NCBI GenBank assembly: GCA_026026165.1
Contig: JAPEUD010000025.1
Coordinates: 248,001-279,643, forward strand
DNA length: 31,643 nt
Direction: 5' to 3'
Source: Sarea resinae
Taxonomy: Eukaryota
This document shows, one piece after another, positions 1-10,511 of this stretch; positions within the stretch are counted from its first letter, which is position 1; each line of letters opens with the position of its first letter. Below the pieces are notes generated by a model, which was not told where the DNA came from, made no database searches, and saw nothing but the letters and a program-made list of their open reading frames with translations. The position numbers and the translations under genes are program-made.

Positions 1-2
1 AG

Positions 3-140
3 AGGAGGGGACTAGGGATGGAGAAGGCCAGGGACGGGAGGGTGATGAAGAGTCCCAGGGGCTCCAAAAGCCCCCAAGGCGGTGACCGAGGAGGAAGAAG
101 AGATGGCAGGGGTAGACCTGGTGGGCATGGAAGGCGTTAA
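3..140 (+). CDS. Possible 3' end of an upstream gene (basic, R/G-rich C-terminal tail), truncated by the window edge
   Basis: Frame open from 3 to TAA at 138-140 (RRGLGMEKARDGRVMKSPRGSKSPQGGDRGGRRDGRGRPGGHGRR*), followed by a switch to AT-richer, UTR-like sequence. Product cannot be identified. Confidence 0.35.
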   Translation, partial: RRGLGMEKARDGRVMKSPRGSKSPQGGDRGGRRDGRGRPGGHGRR

Positions 141-505
141 AAATTCTTTTGCGTACGAGCTTGACGTTACAATTTACCTTATTTTCCACCACCCCCTCCC
201 CTTCATTAGAATATCGATAAGAATAGATTGTTCATATGTGCGATCTCAAAAGGTTCTTTTTCTCTCTATTTCCTTTTTTTTGGAGACATGATGCTTAAAC
301 GATATGTGTACAAGCGTACAGGCGTGATTACACCCATCTTTCTGGGGAAGGGAAGCTGAGCGAAACGCCCCTGTGGCTACCCCCTTTCCAAGATCGATCT
401 CATGCACCCAGTCTCCCTGAGAGATGTATCGGAAGAGAACAGATAAGAAAGGAAAGCCAAGACGAGCGAAGGCCAACTGAAACCCAAGACTCTATTCTGT
501 CCACC

Positions 506-506
<1 letters not shown>

Positions 507-536
<30 letters not shown>
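507..536. repeat. C30 homopolymer (G30 on the minus strand), about 170 nt downstream of the SEC6 stop
   Basis: Seen directly in the sequence. Confidence 0.95.
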
Positions 537-537
<1 letters not shown>

Positions 538-707
538 CCGGCCCAATAACATGGCAATCAAAACAAGAAAACGCCGCGCTGTGCTTGATCTACTCGTGAC
601 ATGCAGATAGATGGGAAATGCTAGAGACCGACAAATGACCACCACCGTGCCTCCCCCTACCGCTCCCCCTGCACACCCACAAACCTCCTTTCTACGATAC
701 AGGAATA

Positions 708-3008
708 TCACCTCACCCTCCCCATGATGGTTTCCTCGCCCTTTCCAACACCGCCGACGCCACCGCCACCCCTTACGCCCTGCATCTCGGCGGCCTTGGC
801 CTTGACGGCATTGACGAGCGCGCGATCGCAATCATCCCTCGCCCTCAAGACAGCCTCGACCCAGACGAAAGCGGCATCGGGATACTCGTGCTTGAAGGCC
901 TCGAAGACGGCGACGACGGCATGCTTCTCGGCCTCGAGCAGGCGCACGAGGCCGACGTCGACGACGCGCCACTTCTGCTTGATGGCGGGGAACTCGGCGG
1001 GGAACTTGGCGAAGAAGTCGAAGGCGGTGCGCACGTCGTCGCGGAACTTGTCCGTGAAGGCGAAGGTGTCGGTGCGCCGGAACTTGGCCAGGTGCGGCTT
1101 GTTGTGCAGCATGCACGACAGGTAGTGCGCCAGTAGCGAGTCGGCCAGCTCCTCGATCAGGATGTCCAGCATGCTGCCGTGCAGCACGTCGGCGTAGTCG
1201 GCGATGTAGTCGTCAAACGTGCTGACGATCCGCTTCATGCCGAACTCGGTGTACCATTTCGGCGTGAAGAAGTCCGGCAGCGTGGTGCGGAAGTCGACCG
1301 CAAAGACCAGGGACACGAACGCGGTGATGCAGTGGGTGGCGAGGTCGACGTAGCCGTCGCGGAGGGCGTCGAGGTCGGCCGAGGCGTGCGCGAGGAATTT
1401 CGGCGTCACCAGCGGTTCGAAGTCGCGCTTGAAGCGGGCGAGATAGCCCAGCTGGCCCGTGTCCTCGTTATCGTCGACGCAGGCGATCTGGTCGTTGGAG
1501 ATGGCCACCAGCCAGTCCTGCAGGACCTGGAGGCCCTCGGCGTCCGAGGCCGTCGGCTGTTTGTATTTGGACACTTCGTCGTCGATGAGGGACTGCCAGG
1601 CGCGTTGGCGCGAGCGCAGGGTGCGGAACATGGCGTCGATGACGCCCTCGGTGACGTCGGTGCGGTCCGACGTGCCCGATGCCAGCGTCTGCTCGCGAAG
1701 CATGCGCCACATGTCTCCTTGGGTTTTGGTGCGGAAGCGGCCGTGCTCGTCCGTGTCGAGGGTGTCCGGCTTGCGGTCCTGGAAGGCGACCTTGTCGGTA
1801 TCGAACATGCGGGTGATCCACTCGTCGAGGAACTTGATGATGAGTTGGCGGTACTCGCGGACGAGTTCGCTCTCGCGGTTGTCGATGAGTTGGGGGGAGA
1901 GGTCGGCAACGTGCAGGCCGAGTTTCTCCATCTTGGCGTAGTATTTCTCGCCCCAGTGGATGATGGCGAGCATGTTGGTGGGTTTGAGGTCTGGGTCGTC
2001 GAGGAGCTTGATGAGCCAGTCGTGCATGAGATTGTGGTAGATGTTGACGTAGGTTTTGAAGATTTTCCATTTCTTGGGCATGAGGCCGACCATGCCGAGC
2101 TTGACGACGTATAGATCGTTGAAGAACCATCGACAGCTTTTATCGAGCTTGTCCGGGTCTTCGAGGAACGCCTCCTCGGTGCCGTCGAATTGGGCCTGGG
2201 CGTGGAGTTCGATCGCCTTGAGGAACTTCTCTTTGTAGCCCCTTAGTTCCTTGGGACCGGCAGTGATGGACTTGAAGCGTGAGGCTAGCTCCTTGTATTC
2301 CCTTTGCGCGTCCTGCAGCGCTTTTACCTTCTTGTCATTCTTCTCCTCTTCTTCGACGACGGAGGCCAGTCGTACCACCATGCCCTTGTTGTCGGCCTGC
2401 ACCAACGGGATCAGGTTCATGCACGCCATGCCCACATGCTCGTCGAACCACTCCACCACCTCGTCCAGCCGCGTAAAGTAGTCCTTGAGAGTGCCCTCGA
2501 GGGACTTATCCTCGGCGCCTTTGATCTGTTCCGTAGCATCGTCCCGAATATCTCGTAGCTGAGTCAGGCCATAGTGTATCGGGAGCAGGTTTGGCTGATT
2601 CTCCATATCGTCATCGTCCTGCTTCAGCAGCGTCTCCAGCTCCGTCAACCTGTCGTTGAAAGACTCCACATTTTCCTTCATCGCCTCCACCTGCGAAAAG
2701 TTCCGATGCGTCTGCGAGACCAGGTTGATGTTGGGAAAGTCGCGAATCATGTTCTGGGCCTCGGCGCATAGCTTGTCGATCTTCATCATCTCCTCTTTGA
2801 TCAGGTTGACGGTCCGCTGGCCGTCACCGATCGAGTTCATGCCTGCCTGGGTCAGATCCAGTTGCTCCTTGAGCCCGAGCTTGAGCTGGCCATCAACGGC
2901 GGCTTTCTTGCGCGTGAACTCGGCCTTGAGCGCAGGGATCTTGTCGAGGTCTTCTGGATGTCGCAGGAGCTCGGAGAGCTTGAGGGTGAGGCCGTCGACG
3001 TCGTTCAT
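708..3008 (-). CDS. SEC6: Exocyst complex component Sec6, 766 aa, intronless
   Basis: Single ORF. The N-terminus (LSELLRHPEDLDKIPALKAEFTRKKAAVDGQLK) and C-terminus (ETIMGRVR) resemble fungal Sec6; length and helical composition fit. Confidence 0.93.
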   Translation of the reverse strand: MNDVDGLTLKLSELLRHPEDLDKIPALKAEFTRKKAAVDGQLKLGLKEQLDLTQAGMNSIGDGQRTVNLIKEEMMKIDKLCAEAQNMIRDFPNINLVSQTHRNFSQVEAMKENVESFNDRLTELETLLKQDDDDMENQPNLLPIHYGLTQLRDIRDDATEQIKGAEDKSLEGTLKDYFTRLDEVVEWFDEHVGMACMNLIPLVQADNKGMVVRLASVVEEEEKNDKKVKALQDAQREYKELASRFKSITAGPKELRGYKEKFLKAIELHAQAQFDGTEEAFLEDPDKLDKSCRWFFNDLYVVKLGMVGLMPKKWKIFKTYVNIYHNLMHDWLIKLLDDPDLKPTNMLAIIHWGEKYYAKMEKLGLHVADLSPQLIDNRESELVREYRQLIIKFLDEWITRMFDTDKVAFQDRKPDTLDTDEHGRFRTKTQGDMWRMLREQTLASGTSDRTDVTEGVIDAMFRTLRSRQRAWQSLIDDEVSKYKQPTASDAEGLQVLQDWLVAISNDQIACVDDNEDTGQLGYLARFKRDFEPLVTPKFLAHASADLDALRDGYVDLATHCITAFVSLVFAVDFRTTLPDFFTPKWYTEFGMKRIVSTFDDYIADYADVLHGSMLDILIEELADSLLAHYLSCMLHNKPHLAKFRRTDTFAFTDKFRDDVRTAFDFFAKFPAEFPAIKQKWRVVDVGLVRLLEAEKHAVVAVFEAFKHEYPDAAFVWVEAVLRARDDCDRALVNAVKAKAAEMQGVRGGGGVGGVGKGEETIMGRVR

Positions 3009-3498
3009 GTTGGCGAGGACAAGATGAAAGGGCTAGAGGAGGGAGGATCATATATGATCATGACGGAGTGATTGTACTCGCTCGTATCAAGAAGATCTCG
3101 AGTGTTGGATAGCTATTGCAATAATAACGATCGCTGCACGTCGGCGGTGAGTACAGAGTACCGTGGACTGGGGGGGAGAGCTTCGGCACCAACGACCAAC
3201 CGAGTTTAGCGTTGGCTGGCTGGAGAAATGAGAAATGCGAAATGCTTCAACTTCCATCCCCTCCAAGCCATCTTCTTCACTGTCACGTCCAAAAGATCAC
3301 GAACGAGCATCCGCGACAATCGTCTGCCGTCTGCCGTCTACCATCTACCCCCGGATTGCATCTTATTCTCGGTTTGGGACGGAGATTGTACGTTCCCCTC
3401 GGGATTCGGCTGCTACGACGAAGCTTTCTACCTTGCTGACTTGGCCTCCAGCGGCAGCGCGCGTCTCCTTGAGGGCCCCCATCCGCCGTCTCTCAGAC

Positions 3499-3759
3499 AT
3501 GGCATTCTTCAAGATCACCCTGCTCCGATCGGCCATCGGGCTGCCCAAGAAGTCGTCGGGTGTCCTCCAAGCGCTGGGTCTACGAAAACGCATGCGGACC
3601 GTCTACCACCCCGTCAGCCCCGAAGTGGCCGGCCAGATCATGCGCGTCAAGGAACTGGTGGCCGTGTCGGAGGTGGACCGGGCATTGACCAATTCCGAGG
3701 CTCGAGATCTGCGAAAGCCCGACCCGGGATACTACGTCGAGTCGGCTGTACCGCGATGA
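3499..3759 (+). CDS. MRPL33: Mitochondrial large-subunit ribosomal protein uL30m (MrpL33), 86 aa
   Basis: The ATG at 3499, inside the 3235..3759 ORF, gives [16 protein letters not shown]...[34 protein letters not shown], a ribosomal L30 signature. Confidence 0.92.
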   Translation: MAFFKITLLRSAIGLPKKSSGVLQALGLRKRMRTVYHPVSPEVAGQIMRVKELVAVSEVDRALTNSEARDLRKPDPGYYVESAVPR

Positions 3760-3879
3760 AGGGCAAGGGGAAGGCGAAGGGGAAGGAGAGAAGACCAAGA
3801 TCAGGGCAAGGGGAGAATTGCAGGACTATCGACATGCAGGGGATCAGCAAGAAAGAGAGAGATGAATTGGCGGATGGAT

Positions 3880-4206
3880 GAGGAGGAGGAGGAGGAGGAG
3901 GAGGAGGAGAGGCATCGGGCATGGCGCAGCGGAGTTGTGATTCTTTCTGACGGGATTCTGATGCCTGTAGCGTTGGATGGCCACCAAGATCCATCTGTCT
4001 ATAATCATCATCACCATCATCACCATCATCATCTCCTCCCCCCCTAAGATCTCTCACTCCATCTTCTTCCTCGATCTTCATTCCATCACCGTAAAGCACG
4101 TGAATGATCCATGATGATCGGGAGCCCTGGAGTTCATCCGATACGGTACGGGGATTGTACGGTACGATGGGTACATACGGTACGGTACGGTACGGCATGC
4201 TACGGT
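3880..4206. repeat. Microsatellite cluster: (GAG)10 at 3880-3909, CAT/CAC run at ~4004-4033, GGTAC/TACGG repeats at ~4142-4206
   Basis: Seen directly, between MRPL33 and DPL1. Confidence 0.85.
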
Positions 4207-4450
4207 ACTCGGAGTTGGAACGGAAGCGGGTTCGCATGCATGTCATGGAGCAGAATCTAATCGGTCATCATCGACCGGAAATCTACTTGACCCACGAGAA
4301 TGCCGGTTTCTCTCGTCCCTTTTTCTTTTTCCTTTTCGACTTTTGCTTCTCTATCTTCTCCATCTTCTCCAACTGCTGTCCCTCCCTCTTCTCATTTCAC
4401 TTCATACCGATCGGGTTCGAACCTGAACGTCACATCTTCATTCGCCTCGA

Positions 4451-6414
4451 ATGCCTTCCGGGCTTCGTGAGCAGCTGAAGCTGAGAATGGGCACCTCCAG
4501 AGTCCCCGCAAGCCTGCGCACGACCTTCACCACCCAAAGAGGCAACTCCAAGGGCCAGTGGTTGGCCCTGAATCTGGACGTGTATGGAATCCCCCCAAAC
4601 CATTCGTACCATCTGAGTCTATCATGATCAGCATCAATCGATGCCTAGATTTACAATGCTAATCTGAGCGTGCGCCCGCGCACACCCTTTTTCAGGCTTC
4701 GCAATATTATTTTTATCCTATTCCTCTTTCGATGGACCCGAAAGGCCTTCTACAAGCTCAAGGGCCGCGGCCTCATCGGCACACTCTTTGACCTCTACGC
4801 GTCTGTTCGACACACTCTCTATGGCTATTTCCTTCGCGCCCCCGGCGTGCGAGGCCAAGTCAAACGGCAGCTGGCAGAGGCCGTTGCGAAGATGGAGAGC
4901 AGATTAGTCCCGCAGGGTCCGGGCGTAAGCCGGTATCTGACCCTGCCAAAGGAGGGATGGACGGACGAGCAGGTGCGGGCGGAGCTGGAAAAGTTGAGCG
5001 AGATGGCGCACACGAGGTGGGAGGACGGGTACGTCAGCGGAGCCGTGTATCATGGCGGCCAGGAGCTGGTCAAATTGCAGACCGAGGCGTTTGGCAAGTT
5101 TACCGTCGCGAACCCGATTCACCCAGACGTATTCCCTGGTGTCCGAAAGATGGAGGCAGAGGTTGTGGCCATGGTCAGTAGACACCCTTCTCCTGCATGT
5201 CCCCTCGACGATGTTGAGATCCCTCCACAGGTCTTGGCCATGTTCAACGCCCCGCCAGGAGCAGCCGGCGCCTCAACGAGCGGAGGCACCGAGTCCATCT
5301 TGATGGCCTGCCTGAGTGCGCGGCAAAAGGCATACCATGAGCGCGGTGTCACAGAACCAGAGATGTAAGCTTCTCTCCACCCCCTTCATGGTCGATCTCC
5401 AAGCTAATCTCTCTTCCCAGGATCCTGCCGGACACCGCACACACAGCCTTCCACAAAGCAGCTGCCTATTTCAAGATCCGCGTTCACCTCGTCTCCTGTC
5501 CCGCACCCGACTACACGGTCTCCATCCCCCACGTCTCCCGCCTCATCAACAGCAATACGATCCTACTCGTCGGATCGGCCCCCAACTTTCCCCACGGCAT
5601 CATCGACGACATCTCCTCCCTCTCCAAACTCGCACTGAAGAAGCGCATTCCCTTGCACGTCGACTGCTGCCTTGGATCCTTCCTGGTCCCATTCCTCGAA
5701 AGAGCGGGATACGAAACCGTACCCTTCGACTTTCGCCTCAAGGGCGTCACCTCGATCTCGTGCGACACGCACAAGTACGGCTTCGCGCCCAAGGGAAATT
5801 CCACGGTGCTATACCGCACGCGCGAACTGCGCAAATACCAATACTTCATCTCGCCGGACTGGTCGGGCGGCGTCTACGCCTCGCCGTCCATCGCAGGCTC
5901 CCGTCCCGGCGCCCTCATCGCCGGCTGCTGGGCCTCACTCATGGCGCAGGGAGAGGCCGGATATATATCGTCGTGCCACACGGTCGTGGGAGCCGCTAAA
6001 GATATCGAGGCGTCGATCCGCGAGAACCCCGCCCTGAGCAGCGATCTGACCGTCCTCGGCCGGCCTCTCGTATCCGTCGTGGCGTTCAACTCGCCCACGC
6101 TCGACATCTACGACATTGCCGATGCCATGTCGGCCAAGGGATGGCATCTCAACGCGCTCCAATCCCCGCCCGCGATCCACGTCGCCGTGACGCTGCCCAT
6201 CGTCGCGGTCAAGGATAAGCTCATTACCGACCTCATCGCCGTCGTCGACGCCGAGAAGGACAAGGAGCGCCAGCGACTCGTTGACGGTGGCACCAAGAAG
6301 GGCAAAAATAAAGGCGACGCTGCCGCGCTGTATGGCGTGGCTGGTAGTCTACCCAATAAGAGCGTCGTCGAGGATTTGGCGGGCGGCTTCCTGGATACGC
6401 TTTACAAGGCTTAA
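4451..6414 (+). CDS. DPL1: Sphingosine-1-phosphate (dihydrosphingosine phosphate) lyase, PLP-dependent, ~578 aa; exons 4451-4581, 4696-5173, 5231-5364, 5421-6414
   Basis: Motifs GYVSGAVYHGG, ANPIHPDVFPGVRKMEAEVVAM, TSGGTESILMAC, HVDCCLGSF and the PLP lysine in SCDTHKYGFAPKG. Three GT-AG introns join the frames. An alternative in-frame ATG lies at 4487. Confidence 0.93.
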
Positions 6415-6475
6415 GGGAAGTGTGGATTGAGTGTCGACTTTTCTTTTCATTTTCCCTCTCTCCCCCCACTTTGTT

Positions 6476-7480
6476 GGGCTGGGCTGGGCTGGGTCGGGCT
6501 GGATCGAGTCGAGTCGACTTAAGTTGAGTTGAGTTGAGTTGAATCGAGTAGATTTGGCCGTCGAGGCAAGAGGGACGACAAGTTGACGCCGATTCTATTT
6601 CTTACCGTGGTGGTCGTTCTGGCTTCTAGCAGCGAATGAGCGAGTGATAAAAAGGGCGGTGAAAAGCCCCTCCCGGAAGGAACCCCCCCTGGTTGGTGGG
6701 GGTCTTGTTGTGCTGTGTTGTGCTGTGTTGGTTTAGGACTTCAATTTACTACTCTACAGACGGACGAACGGACGGGACAGCTCAGTGGGGAACGGACAAC
6801 AGGCGATTGGCGTCTTTTTCCCATCAAATCGAGGACCTTTTTTTTCGTTTGCTGTTTCTGCATCCCACTTAGTTTCAGGTAGTTTGCCTTTGCCTAAGCC
6901 GCTGAATCTATGATGATTCTTTACTCTGGTCATGATTGATGCCGATACTTTTTCGCTGTTTGCGCTTTGGGGTCGTGCAATGGTGTGTGTATTGTACGTA
7001 TACTGTATGTACGATTATATACTGTGTAAAGTAACTACTACCACCGTAAGGAGCTCAACTGGGTCTATACCTATCTCTCCATCTATCCAATATCTTTGTT
7101 TCCACCCCTTTGGCCCTTTGAGTCGGATGGCTGAGGTGAGGTGGAGGATCTAGATATCACCCTTTCTCTTTCTCTTTCTCTTTCTTTCTAGCTGTACCAT
7201 ATCGCACTCATCCATCAGTCCCAGTATCATGATTCGTTCGTTCGTTCGTTCGTTCGTTCGTTCGTTCATGGGAGATCCATCATGGATCCATGCATCTCTT
7301 CTTCCATGGCGGCGGCGGGGAGGTAGACTGGTCTTGCTTTTGCAATCAATATAGATATAAAGTAAAGTAAAGTGAAGCTGAGAATGGTATGGTCGAGTAT
7401 AGGAAAGGGAGACTGCAATTAAACGCCCGCATGTCTGCTTGCTTGCTTGCTTCGATTACTTGCTTGCTTCGGTTGCTTGC
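6476..7480. repeat. Simple-repeat-rich region between the convergent DPL1 and COX12 3' ends: (GGGCT)n, (GAGTT)n, (TTCG)8 at 7233-7264, (GCTT)n
   Basis: Seen directly in the sequence. Confidence 0.8.
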
Positions 7481-7797
7481 TTACTTACCTTCGGGTTTGT
7501 CATGGGCAGAAATATGGATGTAGCGGAAGACGAAAAAAACAAAAGACCAAAAGCCCAACCAAGCGGAAGTGAGTTGTATATTTACTTGTCTTGTCCGTGA
7601 CCGAAGTTGTCTATTGCTACAGTTTACTCCCTCCGCTTCTTCTTCTTCTTCCCCCTCGCGGGCCTCCGCCCCTCCATCCCCCACAAACCCATTGGATGCC
7701 TCGTATCCAATCCTCGTACACCCACAAACAATACACGCTCGCGCGCTTGCAACCGTCCATAGCCCAGCTATTCTTTGCAGACCGGGGGAGCAGTCGT

Positions 7798-8571
7798 CTA
7801 TTGGTCTAGACGGGTCGGGAAGTTGCCGGCTTCTGTTCAGGTGGGAATTGGTCATTAGTTGATGGGCTTTGGTGAAGATCGAATTGAGGGCGACGTGGAA
7901 GAGTCAAAGCAGAGAGGTGGTATTGGGAAAGTAAGAGCAATTGTACTCACCACGCTGGTCGTCCCATCTCTCGACCCAGGAGCTGGGGCATAGGGACCTA
8001 TATGCCAACAGGAACTAGTGGGAGCAAAGAATATCAAATCAGCATCAAATTGTGGCCATATATCAACCGAACAAGGAGCTTTCCCGTTTTCTGGTGGAAG
8101 TTGCTCGAGGTTCCGGGGAGCAGAATCAACGCACCTGGCGGCAGGGAGCGAAATCCTCGCCCTTGGCTAGGACGCACTTGTGGTAGTCGACATAGTTTTG
8201 CCAGCAGTGCTTCGTCTGGTTCTGGTGGGGGAAGCGGGCATCGAAGCCTATATTTGCCGGTTGGTCAATCTCTGATCTCTGCGCGCCATGTCGCCATTGA
8301 ATCGGCGTCCTCCATTTCTGCTTCTTTGTGGAGCTGTGAACGGTCCCGTGGAAAAGAGAGTTATGGAGCAAGCATTGGGCATTGGGGTTTGAACTGGGGG
8401 CGGGAGGTAGGCATACCAGCTGTGGTCAGACGGAGGTCAAGAATTAGCATGGATCATACGATGGAGGTACCTCTCTCGCTCGCTCGCTCCTTCGCGACGG
8501 CTCGGCCAGGGAGAAAGACAGAACATACCAGTCACGAACTTGAAGGGCTTGGTCTCACGGTCGTCAGACAT
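7798..8571 (-). CDS. COX12: Cytochrome c oxidase subunit VIb (Cox12), 85 aa; exons 8571-8529, 8419-8417 (3 nt), 8247-8135, 8014-7951, 7832-7798
   Basis: Spliced product [85 protein letters not shown] has the Cx9C/Cx10C pattern and the DARFP and GNFP motifs. All introns are GT-AG. Confidence 0.95.
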
Positions 8572-8800
8572 GGTGAATTGAGCTGATGGTGGTAGAGTGG
8601 AGATTTGGTGTTTTGGGCGGTGGTGATGGTGGTGGTGGTGGAGGTGGTGAGGATGGAAAGCCGGGCGAATCGGAGGATGTGGAGGATGATGATTTGGACG
8701 AGAGAGCGAGAGAGCCGGGAGAGAGGATGCCAGGACAGGAGCTGCTGGCACTGAGTTCCTCGAGTACCGCAGCGGCTGATTGTTGGAGATGAGCCCGTCG

Positions 8801-9013
8801 TGATTGGCGGGGCAAGCGAGGGCAGGAACGGTTCGGGAGTGCTATGGTAGTACTTGTGCTCTGCTCCAAAGATACCTGACTCTCACACCAGACGGCCATA
8901 CTGAGCGTCGGTACTGGCGGAGGGTCGAATGAGTACATCCACGACCACGGGCGCGGGAGAGCAAAACCAAGCGGAGCCCCATCGCCTGATGCCTTCCCCC
9001 GACTGCCCAATCA
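8801..9013. promoter_or_regulatory. Two outward-facing CCAATCA boxes in the COX12 / NDUFA4-like divergent promoter
   Basis: TGATTGG at 8801-8807 (CCAATCA on minus) and CCAATCA at 9007-9013 (plus) match the CCAAT-binding (Hap/CBC) consensus. Function is inferred. Confidence 0.5.
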
Positions 9014-9181
9014 GTGCTCCCGTTTTGCTCCATGGAGAATAGCTGCTTTCACTCTTACTTCACATCTCTCGTTCCCCATCTTCCATTCTCCGACGTTGAG
9101 CATCAGTGAAGCAACCTCCAATTCAGACCTCATCATCCTCAACACCACATCTCCACTCCACTCCACTCCACCACCGTCAAC

Positions 9182-9748
9182 ATGTATCCAACCCGAGCTT
9201 TGTTTATGCAGCCCACTCGCCGGCTCATGATGCCCGTGCCGGTAAGTCCAGGATACCCGAGCTGAGCTGGTCACACATCGGATAGGGCTGATCGGTACTC
9301 GTTGCCATGAATAGAAGGAGAAGCAGAGCGGTATGGCCCCCCCGTCCCACTTCAAGCGCGTCTTCCACCTCCGGATCATCGGCTCGCATGCGCCCTACGA
9401 TTCATCGCTGAGACTCTTTACTTTTTTCTAGCTCATACCATCTCCCAACGTCTCCGGAGACTCAAATCTGTCCCCCCGGAATTGCTTCCGCTTGGTGCGT
9501 ACCCCGATCATCCTGATAATCAATCCTCTATCAATTGAGCTTCTGACTAATTCTATGTGTATCTGTAGCTGGTGTCGTTGGGTATGTGATCTCCTTTATG
9601 CATCCGACTTTCCATATCCATCTGCCGCGATAAGGCTGACGAGTATCTTGCAAACGATAGCATCGCCGTTGTGATGGCTAGCTACGCAATGTTCAACAAG
9701 ATTACCTCGGACAAGACCCTCCGTCTGACCAAGTCCAGCCATCAATAA
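9182..9748 (+). CDS. Small single-TM mitochondrial protein, NDUFA4/MLRQ (B12D)-like, 79 aa; exons 9182-9241, 9315-9330, 9432-9494, 9569-9581, 9661-9748
   Basis: Four GT-AG introns (GTAAGT, GTATGG, GTGCGT, GTATGT donors) splice to a 240-nt frame: MYPTRALFMQPTRRLMMPVPKEKQSAHTISQRLRRLKSVPPELLPLAGVVGIAVVMASYAMFNKITSDKTLRLTKSSHQ*. It has an R-rich presequence-like N-terminus, a PPELLPL motif, one TM helix and a DKTLRL tail. The family assignment is from recalled similarity. Confidence 0.8.
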
Positions 9749-9985
9749 GCGGGTACTTATGACTTCGGTCAAGTAGGATATCGATGAGAGCGCGGCTGGA
9801 TGAGGATTGATGGTTTTATATAGGAGGCATTCAGGCCTTGTTGTGTCAATCGCTCCTCTGTACTGTACAAATTCGACGGATAGCAGAAACACCTTCCTCT
9901 TTTTCCTTGCGCCTTGTCCGAACGCCATGCCGAATGCTTCTTTGATGCAAAATGTCGTAAACTCCGTGAAAGCATTGCCAAGGCA

Positions 9986-10511
9986 TCACTCCGGCCTTGG
10001 TCCGGCAACGTCGAGGCCTTCTAAGCCCTGCATGGGGTCTTCAGTCGTCTCGCCGTCCTGCGTCTTTGAAGTTTCTGCAGCTAGTCTATCCTCGTCGCTA
10101 ACGGCATGTTTTGCGAGCCAGCCCTCCTATGATAAAACAAATATGATCAGCAACCACAACGGCGACGAACGTCTTGGAGATGTAGCTCACCTGTTCCCAA
10201 ACCGCCGTTCTGCTACCCAGGCCTTCGTTGGTCTCTTTGGGCGGGTTCGCTTTGGATACCCTGATAACTCGCCCGTAGAGCTCGCCTTGATCCATGTTGT
10301 CCATGGCCTCTCGCGCATCCGAAGGTAGTTCGAATTCTATGTAGCCATAGCCACGGTGCGGTTCCGTTGCTGAAGGAGCGTCGGGTTTGGGGAGAGTGAC
10401 CCCGACAATTTCGCCGAATGGGAGAAATGCTGCGTGTAGCGTCGCCGTCGTTACTGCGTTGTCGATGCCCGCAACATGCAGCGTGGCTTTGTTGCGCGCG
10501 GCGTCTGTCAT
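9986..10511 (-). CDS. RRM protein resembling the N-terminal RRM of cyclophilin E (PPIE/Cyp33), without a PPIase domain, 153 aa; exons 10511-10191, 10126-9986
   Basis: RNP2-like TLHVAGID, RNP1 HRGYGYIEF, AFLPFGEI and AMDNMDQGELYGRVIRV, followed by AVWEQEGWL across a 64-nt GT-AG intron. Confidence 0.85.

Noticed and set aside
724..2771. Long overlapping ORFs antisense or out-of-frame to SEC6 (e.g. 1179..2114, 311 aa)
   Set aside because: These are expected shadows of a GC3-rich coding sequence and show no recognisable motifs.
3235..3498. 88-codon N-terminal extension of the MRPL33 ORF
   Set aside because: The ORF opens at a non-ATG codon, and recognisable L30 similarity begins at the ATG at 3499.
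6910..7134. ATGATGA box C-like motif as a possible C/D snoRNA
   Set aside because: The nearest CTGA is about 220 nt away, with no terminal stem or recognisable rRNA guide.
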